NCBI GenBank assembly: GCA_021414205.1 | Contig: JAIOOW010000002.1 | Location: 340,171-404,170 of the forward strand | Length of the DNA stretch: 64,000 nt | Origin: Candidatus Anderseniibacteriota bacterium | Lineage (GTDB): Bacteria > Patescibacteriota > Andersenbacteria > UBA10190 | Reading direction: 5' to 3' | In this document: piece after piece, positions 49,854-60,905 of the stretch | Layout of the letters: the number at the start of each line of letters is the position of its first letter | Numbering within the stretch: position 1 is the first letter of the stretch | The notes under the pieces: model-generated | Database searches by the model: none | Seen by the model: only the letters and a program-made list of their open reading frames with translations | Told to the model about the DNA's origin: nothing | Made by a program: the position numbers and the translations under genes

Positions 49854-52427
49854 CTATCTTGTTTCCTGAAAGTTACCTGAGCCGAACGTTGGAGTCGCGC
49901 TTGGTGAAGCAGACGTCGTTGGATTTGGCGTTGGCGTAGGAGATCCCTTTGCAACAACAGTCACAGAAACTGTTCCGTTATTTGACTGCGCACCGGCTGC
50001 ATCCGTAATCCTGAGTAACTTATATGTATACGTACCAGGAGCATCATTGAAGGTGAGTGTCCCCAAGCTAATCTGACACGCAGCTGGGCCAGACGGATCA
50101 GCGATTGTTGTTTCGAACGTTGGAGCGCCTTGATTGAGATCTGAATTCCATTCGCACTTTCCGCCTTGAGATATTCCCTTGCTAGGTGTTGTCCATCCAT
50201 CGGGGTCCGAGCTTCCGTTTGCAGAAAGCTTAATAGAGACTGGAGTACCCTGCTCTACCGTAATACTGGACCCGAACGCGCCGTTTCCTGCACTAATACT
50301 TGCAACGCTCACCGGAGGATTATTTCCGCTTACAGGAGTTGTTGTTGGCGTTGGAGAAACGGTCGGAGTCGGAGTTGTTGTAGAAGTTGGGGTCGGCGTA
50401 GGTGTTGGATTTGTTGTAGAAGTTGGGGTCGGCGTAGGTGTTGGATTTGGAGTAGGCGTTGCAGGAATCTTAAAGTTAACCCAAGTGTACATTGCTTGGA
50501 TTAGTTGGAAATGTTCCCTCTCCCCGACCGAATCATACCCAACACGGAATATCCATAGTAGCGTAGCCGAGTCGTACGCATTCGAAACAGAAACATTGCC
50601 CGTAAAACTTACAGCAAGGGTACAATTCTGAGATCCGCTGCAACGCGTAAATGGATAGGCGTTGTAAACCAAGCGATCAAATGCACCGTTTGTCTTGTTA
50701 GCAGCATAATTTTGATAGGTGTCCCAATTCAATCCGCTTGGAGAATTTAACACAAGGTATGATCTAGTGCCGGACTGGTTTCCAACAGTTTCTGCTCTAA
50801 TAGCAATAGATCCGCCCAATGCAGCTTTTCCGCCGCTGCGAAGATTATATACATACACCTCAGGCGACGTTACCTTATTGTTACAAGTTCCATAATAGAG
50901 AACAAAGCTAACGGGAATTTTTCCAGGATCCGCAGGTTCTGTCACTACATTATTATTATGGAGCGGCTTATTTATTGTTGCGTAAATCGTGTACTTATCC
51001 CCAGGCTGAGTAACTCCAGCAATAACAATCCCATTCGCTGCGCGAGTATCTTTGGTGAAGCTACCCGCTACCAAAAGCGATGCCCCAGTCCCTATAATGA
51101 GAAGTAGCAATGGAATAATCGTCTTCTTTGCCTGTAATTTTTTATATCTCATCCAACCAAGGAGTCCAAGCAATGCGCAGATTACTGCGCCACCCACAAT
51201 ATAGATTGTTGCGCCAATATGCTTTGCGACGGGCTGAACAGAAGGCGTAGCGTATGGGGTAACAACTGCTTGTTCCGCAACATATGGAACATGAACTTCG
51301 TATTGATCAAGTTGCCCATTTGTATCACTATTTATTAACTCGATACGAAGCCCGGGATTCTTCAATGGTGTATTAAATGAAAATGTTGCATTACCGGCCT
51401 GTAATCCATTCTTACCCAAATCAGGAATAGTGGTGGTTTCTTCTTGCAGTACAGTATCGCCATCCAACAAAGAAACTTTAACGCCGGTATTCACCGAGGT
51501 TACCCCGTCTGCAGGGCCGGCAAGCTGGAACTGAATATTTGCGCCAGTACCCGTAAGGCTCAAGAAACTTCCCGTAACGACTCGTGCCGTGACACCAGTC
51601 ACAACCCAGCGATATTGATTCATGGAAGAAATAATATTCCCGGCAGCATCCTGAAGCACTAAGGTAGCTTGATACGCTCCTGATTCCGCAGAAACGGTAA
51701 TTGGAAACGTTCCCGCAAATGTTTTATTTGAAGCAATTGTCACAGGAGGCAACTTTTCCGTTGAGACAACCTTTCCTGTTAGATCAAATGCATACGTGGT
51801 CAACACAGGAATCGCCGTCATTGCCTTGCTAGTTGAGACCTTTGCACCATACGACGCCGTCACCGTTGAGCTCGGATCAACATTCACGCCATCAAGCGGA
51901 CCGCTTGTAACACCCTTAACCGTAATAGGTCCCGGAGCAAGGAACGCAAACTGCGCATCCTTTGAACCTAAGGTGATCGCAGCGTCATCCCACCCGTATT
52001 CATTCCCATTATTTGTAATAATCTGCAATCGAATACGATATTGTCCTTCAGATAATTTTGGAGGGGTATACGTAAACGGAATTGTCATCTTCTGATTTGG
52101 CGAAAACTCATACTCTCCAGGAAATACCACTCTATCTAAAACTCGAGCAGTATCAGGAACGATAGTATTAGGAGTTGTTACTTCGGGAGCAGGATCAAGC
52201 AATAGTGCCTGCAATCGAATTCCGCCGAACGCAGCATCGTTATCGTTCTGCACATCAACACTCCCCTGGACCGCTCCCGTAGTAGAATCTTGGGCAATTA
52301 ATTTCACCCCAACATTAAACGATGGATTAACCCACGCCTTTGAATTCAAATCAGCGTTTTGAGCCAACGCGAACCCAGGCGACAATAATACTAAAAACGA
52401 CGTAATACCTGCGAGAATTTTTTTCAT
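49854..52427 (-). CDS. Large (857 aa) secreted surface protein with beta-rich domains and PT/TP-repeat C-terminal region
   Basis: Signal peptide, repeated beta-domain blocks, internal TM-like segment, [12 protein letters not shown] repeats. Confidence 0.55.
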   Translation of the reverse strand: MKKILAGITSFLVLLSPGFALAQNADLNSKAWVNPSFNVGVKLIAQDSTTGAVQGSVDVQNDNDAAFGGIRLQALLLDPAPEVTTPNTIVPDTARVLDRVVFPGEYEFSPNQKMTIPFTYTPPKLSEGQYRIRLQIITNNGNEYGWDDAAITLGSKDAQFAFLAPGPITVKGVTSGPLDGVNVDPSSTVTASYGAKVSTSKAMTAIPVLTTYAFDLTGKVVSTEKLPPVTIASNKTFAGTFPITVSAESGAYQATLVLQDAAGNIISSMNQYRWVVTGVTARVVTGSFLSLTGTGANIQFQLAGPADGVTSVNTGVKVSLLDGDTVLQEETTTIPDLGKNGLQAGNATFSFNTPLKNPGLRIELINSDTNGQLDQYEVHVPYVAEQAVVTPYATPSVQPVAKHIGATIYIVGGAVICALLGLLGWMRYKKLQAKKTIIPLLLLIIGTGASLLVAGSFTKDTRAANGIVIAGVTQPGDKYTIYATINKPLHNNNVVTEPADPGKIPVSFVLYYGTCNNKVTSPEVYVYNLRSGGKAALGGSIAIRAETVGNQSGTRSYLVLNSPSGLNWDTYQNYAANKTNGAFDRLVYNAYPFTRCSGSQNCTLAVSFTGNVSVSNAYDSATLLWIFRVGYDSVGEREHFQLIQAMYTWVNFKIPATPTPNPTPTPTPTSTTNPTPTPTPTSTTTPTPTVSPTPTTTPVSGNNPPVSVASISAGNGAFGSSITVEQGTPVSIKLSANGSSDPDGWTTPSKGISQGGKCEWNSDLNQGAPTFETTIADPSGPAACQISLGTLTFNDAPGTYTYKLLRITDAAGAQSNNGTVSVTVVAKGSPTPTPNPTTSASPSATPTFGSGNFQETR
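50376..50447. repeat. Perfect 36-bp tandem duplication inside the 857-aa gene
   Basis: gttgtagaagttggggtcggcgtaggtgttggattt occurs twice back-to-back; on the coding strand it encodes [12 protein letters not shown] x2. Confidence 0.7.
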
Positions 52428-52470
52428 GCATTCAGTATAACACCAAACGCTTCCGTGTTATGCACACGAC

Positions 52471-53940
52471 CTACGGCTCCATTTCCAATACTTCGTCGAT
52501 TCGTATTTGCGCAAAGAATTCCGGAACGTGGCTTACGAATATCATCGTGCCTTTATATTCATCCAAGGCTTGCGCGATAATCGGAATATGACGGAAATTA
52601 ATATGGTTCGTCGGTTCATCCAAAATGAGCAGCCCAGGCTTCTGCAGAGCAATCTGCGCAAATGCAACCAACCCCTTTTGCCCTTCAGATAAGTTCCCAA
52701 CCTTAATATTCATCATATCGTGCGTGATCAAAAACCCCGCAGCAACAGATCGCATAGCCTGGTCAGTCTGCACTTTCATAACCGAAAACAATGCTTCACG
52801 AACTGTGTGCTCAAAATTAAGCGTTGAAAAATCCTGCCGGTAATAGCAGATATCAATACCTTCTGTGATCTGCACACCCTCTGCTTCGTTATTCGCAATC
52901 GCTTCTAAGAATGTACTTTTCCCAATACCGTTTGGCCCAGCCAAGAGCATGTGCTGATTTTTCTTTAGCACAATCCCGGACTCTTTTGTAACCACCTCAT
53001 GGTCAATCATCATGCTATAGGAAGAAATACGAACAATATCTCCACCCATATCTTCTTGCGCTTCAATCGTAAACGGCCGAATTGTTTTATCGTCTTTTCG
53101 GATATCTACTTTACTTTCTTCCATTTCGGCAGCCTCCTCGCGCAATTTTTTCGCCAAGAAACGCATCTTGCCTCCCTTATGGGAAAAGAAGTTTGATTTA
53201 TCTTTATTGTCTTGAATCTTTTTCGCCAGTCGCGCATTTTCGCTTTCCTGCTTTGCCACCCGCGCAGAAATTTGCTCAACTACGTCCAAGTAATTTCCAA
53301 CGAACTGATCTATCTTGCGATTAAACACGTCCAAGTAAATAACGGCATCCGTAAATGCATTCAAAAATTCCGCATCATGAGAAATGACAATGCATGTCTT
53401 TTGGTAATTTTTGAGAAACTCCGTTAAGTGCGCAATTCCGGCAACATCTAAATTATTCGTTGGTTCATCTAGAAGTAATAAGTCCGGATCCTGAATCAAT
53501 GCGGACGCAAGAAGCAATCTCGCCTGTTGCCCACCAGATAAATCTTTTACATGTTTTTCTTTTGATACGCTAAAATTCACCACTTTCAATACTTCATCGA
53601 TTCGACGATCAATATCGTATATAACTTTATCAAATCGCTTTTCAAAAAACTCCCTCACCGTCAGCTCTAACTCATCCCGAGGAATCACTTGGCGAGCCGT
53701 TGCAATAGTGAGCCCAGGCGCACGATTTACTCTTCCAGATTCCGGTTTTAATTCGTCCATAATAAGACCGAATATGGTACTTTTTCCTGCACCGTTCTGG
53801 CCCATCAGCGTTACTTTCATCCCTTCGCGCACGGAAAAATTCACCTCATCTAATATAGGCTTATGGCTTCCAAACTCGAATGAAACATCCGAAAAATTAA
53901 TAATATGTTCTGCACGTGGCATAAGGCGAAAGCCTAGCAC
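52471..53940 (-). CDS. ABC-F family ATPase (two tandem ABC domains, no TMD)
   Basis: Two Walker A sites (GQNGAGKST; GPNGIGKST) and two LSGGQ-type signatures (LSGGQQARL; LSEGQKGL). Confidence 0.7.
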   Translation of the reverse strand: MLGFRLMPRAEHIINFSDVSFEFGSHKPILDEVNFSVREGMKVTLMGQNGAGKSTIFGLIMDELKPESGRVNRAPGLTIATARQVIPRDELELTVREFFEKRFDKVIYDIDRRIDEVLKVVNFSVSKEKHVKDLSGGQQARLLLASALIQDPDLLLLDEPTNNLDVAGIAHLTEFLKNYQKTCIVISHDAEFLNAFTDAVIYLDVFNRKIDQFVGNYLDVVEQISARVAKQESENARLAKKIQDNKDKSNFFSHKGGKMRFLAKKLREEAAEMEESKVDIRKDDKTIRPFTIEAQEDMGGDIVRISSYSMMIDHEVVTKESGIVLKKNQHMLLAGPNGIGKSTFLEAIANNEAEGVQITEGIDICYYRQDFSTLNFEHTVREALFSVMKVQTDQAMRSVAAGFLITHDMMNIKVGNLSEGQKGLVAFAQIALQKPGLLILDEPTNHINFRHIPIIAQALDEYKGTMIFVSHVPEFFAQIRIDEVLEMEP

Positions 53941-53968
53941 AAATACGCTCTTTTCGCCAGTCCGTAGG

Positions 53969-54268
53969 CTACTTTTTCTTATCGAGCCTATCTAATCCGA
54001 TTGCTTTCACCCCATAATACACCACAAGCGCCACAACGATAAAATCGATCACTACGCTTATCATATCGCCATACAAAATTTTGGCAGATCCGATAGAAAA
54101 AGAGGCAGTTGCAAGCCCTTTAGCAGCTCCAAGGGGAATTCCTAATAGCGGGTTAATAATGTCGGTAACGAGAGCAGTAACCACTTTTGAAACGGCGCCA
54201 CCCAAAATAAAACCGACAGCTAACCCAACAACGCCTTGTTCTCTAATAAAATCTATAAAGCCTTTCAT
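53969..54268 (-). CDS. mscL: Large-conductance mechanosensitive channel
   Basis: MKGFIDFIREQGVVGLAVGFILGGAVSKVVTALVTDIINP is the MscL signature. Start trimmed to this Met (99 aa). Confidence 0.75.
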   Translation of the reverse strand: MKGFIDFIREQGVVGLAVGFILGGAVSKVVTALVTDIINPLLGIPLGAAKGLATASFSIGSAKILYGDMISVVIDFIVVALVVYYGVKAIGLDRLDKKK

Positions 54269-54354
54269 ATTATAACTATAATACCCTACTGGACTAAAAT
54301 AACCATTTCGCCAAAAATAGCATCGGCTTTTATTAAAGCCGATGCTAGAATCCA

Positions 54355-54579
54355 TTACCCTAAGAGTCCTGCCAGACGCAGAAGGTAGAGGAATACCCCG
54401 ATTGAGACCAGAAATATAGCCCATCCCAGGCTTAACCCGACCGGAGATCCCCACTCATCCCATTTCCGTCTTGGGAACTTTCGCTCCAGCCAATATTTCT
54501 CATCCGCAGAAAAACTGAGCTTTTCGTCGTTGTTTTTATCCATAAGAAGAAGATTTAATAGATAATTAAACCATGTCAC
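54355..54579 (-). CDS. Small membrane protein (questionable)
   Basis: 74-aa ORF with one TM helix. Confidence 0.2.
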   Translation of the reverse strand: MTWFNYLLNLLLMDKNNDEKLSFSADEKYWLERKFPRRKWDEWGSPVGLSLGWAIFLVSIGVFLYLLRLAGLLG

Positions 54580-54733
54580 CCAATCGACCTTTATTTTTGG
54601 ATAACTTCAGACCCTTGTTTTTGTTGATCGGGACTCCTTTGTGCGTCTCAAGGGGAAGACAGGAGTGCAAATTCCAATATTTGCAGTATATCAATGTTTT
54701 TCTTCGACTGCGAGTTTTCACTCCCTAAAAAAG

Positions 54734-54818
54734 CGGAGAGGGTGAGATTCGAACTCACGGTACCTTTCGGTACGACAGTTTTCAAGACTGTTGCCTTAAA
54801 CCACTCGGCCACCTCTCC
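54734..54818 (-). tRNA. tRNA-Ser (anticodon TGA), class II with long variable arm, no encoded CCA
   Basis: Reverse complement GGAGAGGTGGCCGAGTGGTTTAAGGCAACAGTCTTGAAAACTGTCGTACCGAAAGGTACCGTGAGTTCGAATCTCACCCTCTCCG. Anticodon loop CTTGAAA; T-arm GTGAG-TTCGAAT-CTCAC. Confidence 0.8.
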
Positions 54819-54941
54819 ATACGCTCCAAGCATCATAGTACAGCATGCGAACATTGACAACAGCGCTTATTTCATGCATGAATACATCCAATCGATCACT
54901 GATCGTACACAAGCACACTTTACAACCCATACTGAAGAAAG

Positions 54942-55712
54942 GTGGTTATGCGAGAATACCGAACGATCGTTAACTGGAAGGATAGAAATGACCCCGTAGT
55001 GGCGCAAATCATTAGCCTTAAGCAAGCAGGGGCTTCGCTTCGGGATATACAAACTGCGATCGGAGGTACGTGCAGTCACGAAACAATTCGTAAATACTTA
55101 TCCCTCCTCGTGAAAAGATTTGGTAAAAAGGTTTTTGCACCACAACAAAAGGAGTGGACGTCAAAGCAAATAGCATCCCGATTGAAATGCTCCAGAGGCG
55201 TTATCAATAGCCTGTGCGCATCAGGAGCAATCACGGGATGTAGAAAAAAATCATTTGCAAACGGAAGCTGGCTCATCAACGAAACGGGTGTTGCGGAACT
55301 CAAAAAACACCCATCAATTTCAAAGCGACTTACCTGCGCAGCTTGCAAGAAGAAGTTCAAACCAAAACCCCACGGCCGAGCGAAAACATGCTCCGAAACC
55401 TGCTCCAAAAAGCATGCCGCACAGCTTCGAAAACTCCTTATTGCAACTGAGCCGGTAGTGGAAAAGCTACAGGGCAAAGCTTTGCGAATTTGGCAGGCAG
55501 TGCAAAAATGCTCCCAAAGAACACGCTGGGTCACCATCGAGCAAGCAGCTGCGACCACAACACTGACCGCTATGCAGGTTCGCTGGTACGTAATGCGCGG
55601 TATCATCGCAAGCAAACACAATACCAAGAAACGATTCCGCACCAAGCGCAAAAACGTACGACTATGCGCATTGAACCAAGTGAAGATAATGGCAAAAATC
55701 CTTTCTTCTTAA
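54942..55712 (+). CDS. Basic hypothetical protein, possible DNA-binding (HTH-like N-terminus, Cys-rich middle)
   Basis: 256 aa, Lys/Arg-rich; ASLRDIQTAIGGTCSHETIRKYL HTH-like segment. Confidence 0.35.
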   Translation: MVMREYRTIVNWKDRNDPVVAQIISLKQAGASLRDIQTAIGGTCSHETIRKYLSLLVKRFGKKVFAPQQKEWTSKQIASRLKCSRGVINSLCASGAITGCRKKSFANGSWLINETGVAELKKHPSISKRLTCAACKKKFKPKPHGRAKTCSETCSKKHAAQLRKLLIATEPVVEKLQGKALRIWQAVQKCSQRTRWVTIEQAAATTTLTAMQVRWYVMRGIIASKHNTKKRFRTKRKNVRLCALNQVKIMAKILSS

Positions 55713-55718
55713 TCCCAA

Positions 55719-55757
55719 TCCCGCCGAGGAGCCTCTTGCTCCCGGCGGATTTTTATT
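55719..55757. terminator. Bidirectional Rho-independent terminator between convergent genes
   Basis: cccgccgaggagc-ctctt-gctcccggcgg followed by atttttattt. Confidence 0.45.
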
Positions 55758-56226
55758 TACTCAATAACGCAATAAGCCCTCGCTCGCCTCCGCGCATTAG
55801 TCGATTGTGAAAGAATCGCATAACTGGGCGAACAGGAGGAAAATTGCCCGCAAGCCGCAATAGCAGTGGAGTAAGCGAAACTTCCCACAAGAACGTTACT
55901 TCCGTATTTCTTCCACGATCCACGAACGTCCATGTGCCCACCCCCTTCAAATCGCCTTCCGATCGAGCAACAATTTTTTTACCAGGATCGCATGCCGTAA
56001 CAGTTGTTGTGTATCGCAATTGATACAACGGCGATGCGACAGTAAATCGAAATGCATTCCCTACATCGACCGGCAATTCGTGCCCATGCAACATTTCCAC
56101 CTGCTTCATGCCCGGCCACCACTGCGGGTAATGAGCAACCATACCCACGTGATCCCAAACAGTTTTCACATCATGAGGAATATTCCAAACTGTCTTGAAC
56201 GAGAACAAATAGGCATTCATCCACAT
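55753..56226 (-). CDS. SRPBCC (Bet v1/polyketide-cyclase-like) family protein
   Basis: 157 aa; WxxxxD-type pattern and length fit the SRPBCC ligand-binding fold. Confidence 0.45.
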   Translation of the reverse strand: MWMNAYLFSFKTVWNIPHDVKTVWDHVGMVAHYPQWWPGMKQVEMLHGHELPVDVGNAFRFTVASPLYQLRYTTTVTACDPGKKIVARSEGDLKGVGTWTFVDRGRNTEVTFLWEVSLTPLLLRLAGNFPPVRPVMRFFHNRLMRGGERGLIALLSK

Positions 56227-56246
56227 AATCGTATATCATCCAAGAT

Positions 56247-57056
56247 ATGGCACAACAAGCAATATGTATTATTCGCGGATTTAATAAGTCTGAGCAGGAT
56301 TTTCTGGATTGGGAACAACGATTTGCGCCATTACGGGTCGCATTCGAAAAATATGGCATTTTAGTACAAGGTATATATTCAACTCCCGACAGCAACCCGA
56401 ACATTCCTCAAAACCTATCTACTCCAATTACCGTCGTGCAAGCTGAGAGCAACACTGCAGCACACCCAAGTTGGTCAAAAGCATTAAATATTCCCATCCA
56501 GCAATTACTACACATAATCCCAGAAACAGAATATGAACATGTTGCAGTTATCCCCATGTCATTTGAAACCCAATTAGATGAACACTATGCAGAACTGCTG
56601 GCAAAGACCATCTCTGAACACAAACGCTTTGTCGCATGCAGAATAACTCCCGACTGGCTAAACATCGACAATCCATATTCTGTAAAATCCGAGAGCGACA
56701 TCCTGCAGCGTTGGGAGTATGTAAAAACAAATATACAAAACGAAAGCCTATCGAATATCTTGCGAGATGAAAAAAGATTGCAAACACTGTGCATGTTCGG
56801 CAGGAATACACTGGCGCAATATTATCTATCTGATTTTAAAACACATGGCTTGTTCGACGAAACGACAGACGCAATAGGCGGAATGGAAGATTGGGAATAC
56901 CTGCTTCGCACCGCGCCGCAATTTGACTGTGCTATCTATTACACAGATATCCGCATTCAAGAGAATGAAAAGGACATAGAAGCAATCCGAAAACAGCGAG
57001 AAAAACTATCTCGAGAAATCAGCGCACTCAAACAAATTATCGAAAAAAAACTGTAG
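56247..57056 (+). CDS. Hypothetical protein
   Basis: 269 aa with a C-terminal coiled coil; no family recognised. Confidence 0.35.
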   Translation: MAQQAICIIRGFNKSEQDFLDWEQRFAPLRVAFEKYGILVQGIYSTPDSNPNIPQNLSTPITVVQAESNTAAHPSWSKALNIPIQQLLHIIPETEYEHVAVIPMSFETQLDEHYAELLAKTISEHKRFVACRITPDWLNIDNPYSVKSESDILQRWEYVKTNIQNESLSNILRDEKRLQTLCMFGRNTLAQYYLSDFKTHGLFDETTDAIGGMEDWEYLLRTAPQFDCAIYYTDIRIQENEKDIEAIRKQREKLSREISALKQIIEKKL

Positions 57057-58490
57057 TTATATCTCCCGTACGCGAATCGTGCTTTCAAAATCTTTCCCAG
57101 ATTCTTTTTTCAGGCCAGACATGATGACCAACTTCGCCCCGGCAGTAAATCCTTCTTTTTCTTGTAGATACTGCACAGCGTCCACAACCATTTGATCCGG
57201 CTTATTATAGCCGTCAATTAAAATTGGTGTAATTCCCCACGATAGAATCAGCTGATTAAACACTCTCGGACTTTGCGTTGCAGCAAACACAGGAACTTCC
57301 GGGCGCAAACGCGCAATGTGACGAGCAGAATATCCGGAACCGGTTGTTACGAGAATTGCGTCTGCCTTGATGCTGCGCGCAAGCGCAACGGCGGAAGATG
57401 CTACAGCAGATGCGATGGAATCATCAATAAGCATCGAACTATTTGCAGGAATGTCATCTAGCGACGATTCCTCTGTCTGCTCAATGATATCCGACATCAT
57501 ACGCACTGCCTGAATCGGATACTTCCCCATTGCAGATTCCCCAGATAGCATCGCCGCATCTGTATGATCGATAACAGCATTTGCAACATCAGACACTTCG
57601 GCGCGAGTCGGGCGCGGATTAAACTCCATCGATGCCATCATTTCCGTAGCAGTGATCACCGGTTTTCCCGCAGCGATGCATTTTACGATTAATTCTTTTT
57701 GATGAATGGGCAGTTTTGCAACAGGAGTCTCAAGCCCCAGATCTCCGCGCGCGATCATCACACCATCCGCCTCTTCCAAAATTTCATCAAAATTAATAAG
57801 CGCTTCGTGCTTTTCAATCTTTACAATAATGTGCGGGGGCTCCATGTTCTCCGGCAACCATTTTCCTATCTTCTCTTTTAGCTGGCGAACATCTTCCGCA
57901 GAACGGACAAATGAAAGCGCAACGAAATCGATATTCTGCTTGAGCCCGAATGCCAAATCCAAATCATCTTTTTCCGTCATCGATTCCAGCGAAAGCGTAA
58001 CGGTGGGGACGTTAATTCCTTTATGGGAAATCAATTTCCCACCCAATAATACTTTCGCCGTAATCATATTACCTTGTACGTCTACCACTTCTAATTCGCG
58101 AGTTCCGTCGGCCAACAAGATACGGTCAGACTTTCCTAAATCATGAGCAAACCGATCATACGGAACCGGAATAACGCCTTTTTCCGCTTCAAGAACGCCA
58201 GCTTGCAGGCGAACCAACTTGCCTTCAATTAACTCCATCCCATCGTTTGGAAGAACTCCGACTCGCAATTTCGGCCCCTGCAAATCCTGCAAAATCGCAA
58301 CGGGCATACCAACTTCTTGGGAAGCAGTACGAACAGTATCAACCAAATGTAAATTCGCATCGTGATCGCCATGCGAAAAATTAATGCGCGCAACGTTCAT
58401 ACCGGATACTATCATTTCTTTTAACACGGGGACCATGCTCGATGCAGGCCCTATTGTGCATACAATGTTCGTTCGCTTATGCATATACAA
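57057..58490 (-). CDS. pyk: Pyruvate kinase
   Basis: KRTNIVCTIGPAS...MNVARINFSHGDH...MIARGDLG motifs. Start may be Met3 (coordinate 58484). Confidence 0.85.
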   Translation of the reverse strand: MYMHKRTNIVCTIGPASSMVPVLKEMIVSGMNVARINFSHGDHDANLHLVDTVRTASQEVGMPVAILQDLQGPKLRVGVLPNDGMELIEGKLVRLQAGVLEAEKGVIPVPYDRFAHDLGKSDRILLADGTRELEVVDVQGNMITAKVLLGGKLISHKGINVPTVTLSLESMTEKDDLDLAFGLKQNIDFVALSFVRSAEDVRQLKEKIGKWLPENMEPPHIIVKIEKHEALINFDEILEEADGVMIARGDLGLETPVAKLPIHQKELIVKCIAAGKPVITATEMMASMEFNPRPTRAEVSDVANAVIDHTDAAMLSGESAMGKYPIQAVRMMSDIIEQTEESSLDDIPANSSMLIDDSIASAVASSAVALARSIKADAILVTTGSGYSARHIARLRPEVPVFAATQSPRVFNQLILSWGITPILIDGYNKPDQMVVDAVQYLQEKEGFTAGAKLVIMSGLKKESGKDFESTIRVREI

Positions 58491-58493
58491 CCA

Positions 58494-58781
58494 TTATACA
58501 GGAAATATGCGCCACTTGTTGCCTTGTACCGCTTGGAAAAATGCGACTATAGTCGTTACAAAAAATGCGAGAAACAACAAAGCGCCGACTCTGGGGAAAT
58601 ACTGAGCAATAATAATTGAACAAATAATTCCACCTAAAATTACCAGGCCTTGCTTCACATGAAATTGTACAAACGGCTTTTTGTAATCGCCAGAAATAAT
58701 AGGGATCAGTACTAAAATGCCGACATATGAAAGCGCTGCAATAAGATGTTCGGAAGATAGAAAATTATCGCGCTTCGTCAT
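58494..58781 (-). CDS. Small membrane protein (3 TM)
   Basis: Hydrophobic 95-aa ORF. Confidence 0.35.
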   Translation of the reverse strand: MTKRDNFLSSEHLIAALSYVGILVLIPIISGDYKKPFVQFHVKQGLVILGGIICSIIIAQYFPRVGALLFLAFFVTTIVAFFQAVQGNKWRIFPV

Positions 58782-58800
58782 GCATTCATACTAGCATAAT

Positions 58801-58822
58801 AAAAATATCCCGCCGAAGCGGG
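58801..58822 (-). terminator. Rho-independent terminator downstream of groEL
   Basis: cccgc-cgaa-gcggg hairpin flanked by A/T runs on both strands. Confidence 0.45.
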
Positions 58823-58846
58823 AATATTTTATTCTGGAATTAATTG

Positions 58847-60523
<1,677 letters not shown>

Positions 60524-60817
60524 TTAATTGCGAATTACTCCAAGAATCTTATTCTCGCTCATCATAAGATAGTTTTCTCCATCTATTTCAACATCTTCGG
60601 CTCCGTATTCTGCGAACACTACCTTGTCTCCGACTTTTACAGACATCGGCGCGATACTTCCATCATCCATTCGCTTTCCCGCGCCAACTGCCACAACCTC
60701 TCCTTGGACAGATTTTTTATGGTTAGAAGTGTCAGCGACGATTAATCCCGATTTTCGTACTTCCTCTTTTGCATAAGGCATAACAACGACATTATCGTGA
60801 AGTGGCTCAATATTCAT
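60524..60817 (-). CDS. groES: Co-chaperonin GroES (Hsp10)
   Basis: MNIEPLHDNVVV...GEVVAVGAGKRMDDG; 97 aa, immediately upstream of groEL. Confidence 0.85.
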   Translation of the reverse strand: MNIEPLHDNVVVMPYAKEEVRKSGLIVADTSNHKKSVQGEVVAVGAGKRMDDGSIAPMSVKVGDKVVFAEYGAEDVEIDGENYLMMSENKILGVIRN

Positions 60818-60878
60818 ACAATAAGAATGGTTATATTAGTTTAAAACGGGATACGAACAAATATGTTCATACCCAATA

Positions 60879-60905
60879 TTAGCAGTCTATCTTCGCGACT
60901 GCTAA
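60879..60905. promoter_or_regulatory. CIRCE-like HrcA operator upstream of groES
   Basis: ttagcagtc-N9-gactgctaa is a perfect 9-bp inverted repeat with a 9-nt spacer (consensus TTAGCACTC-N9-GAGTGCTAA), 62-88 nt upstream of the groES start. Confidence 0.55.
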
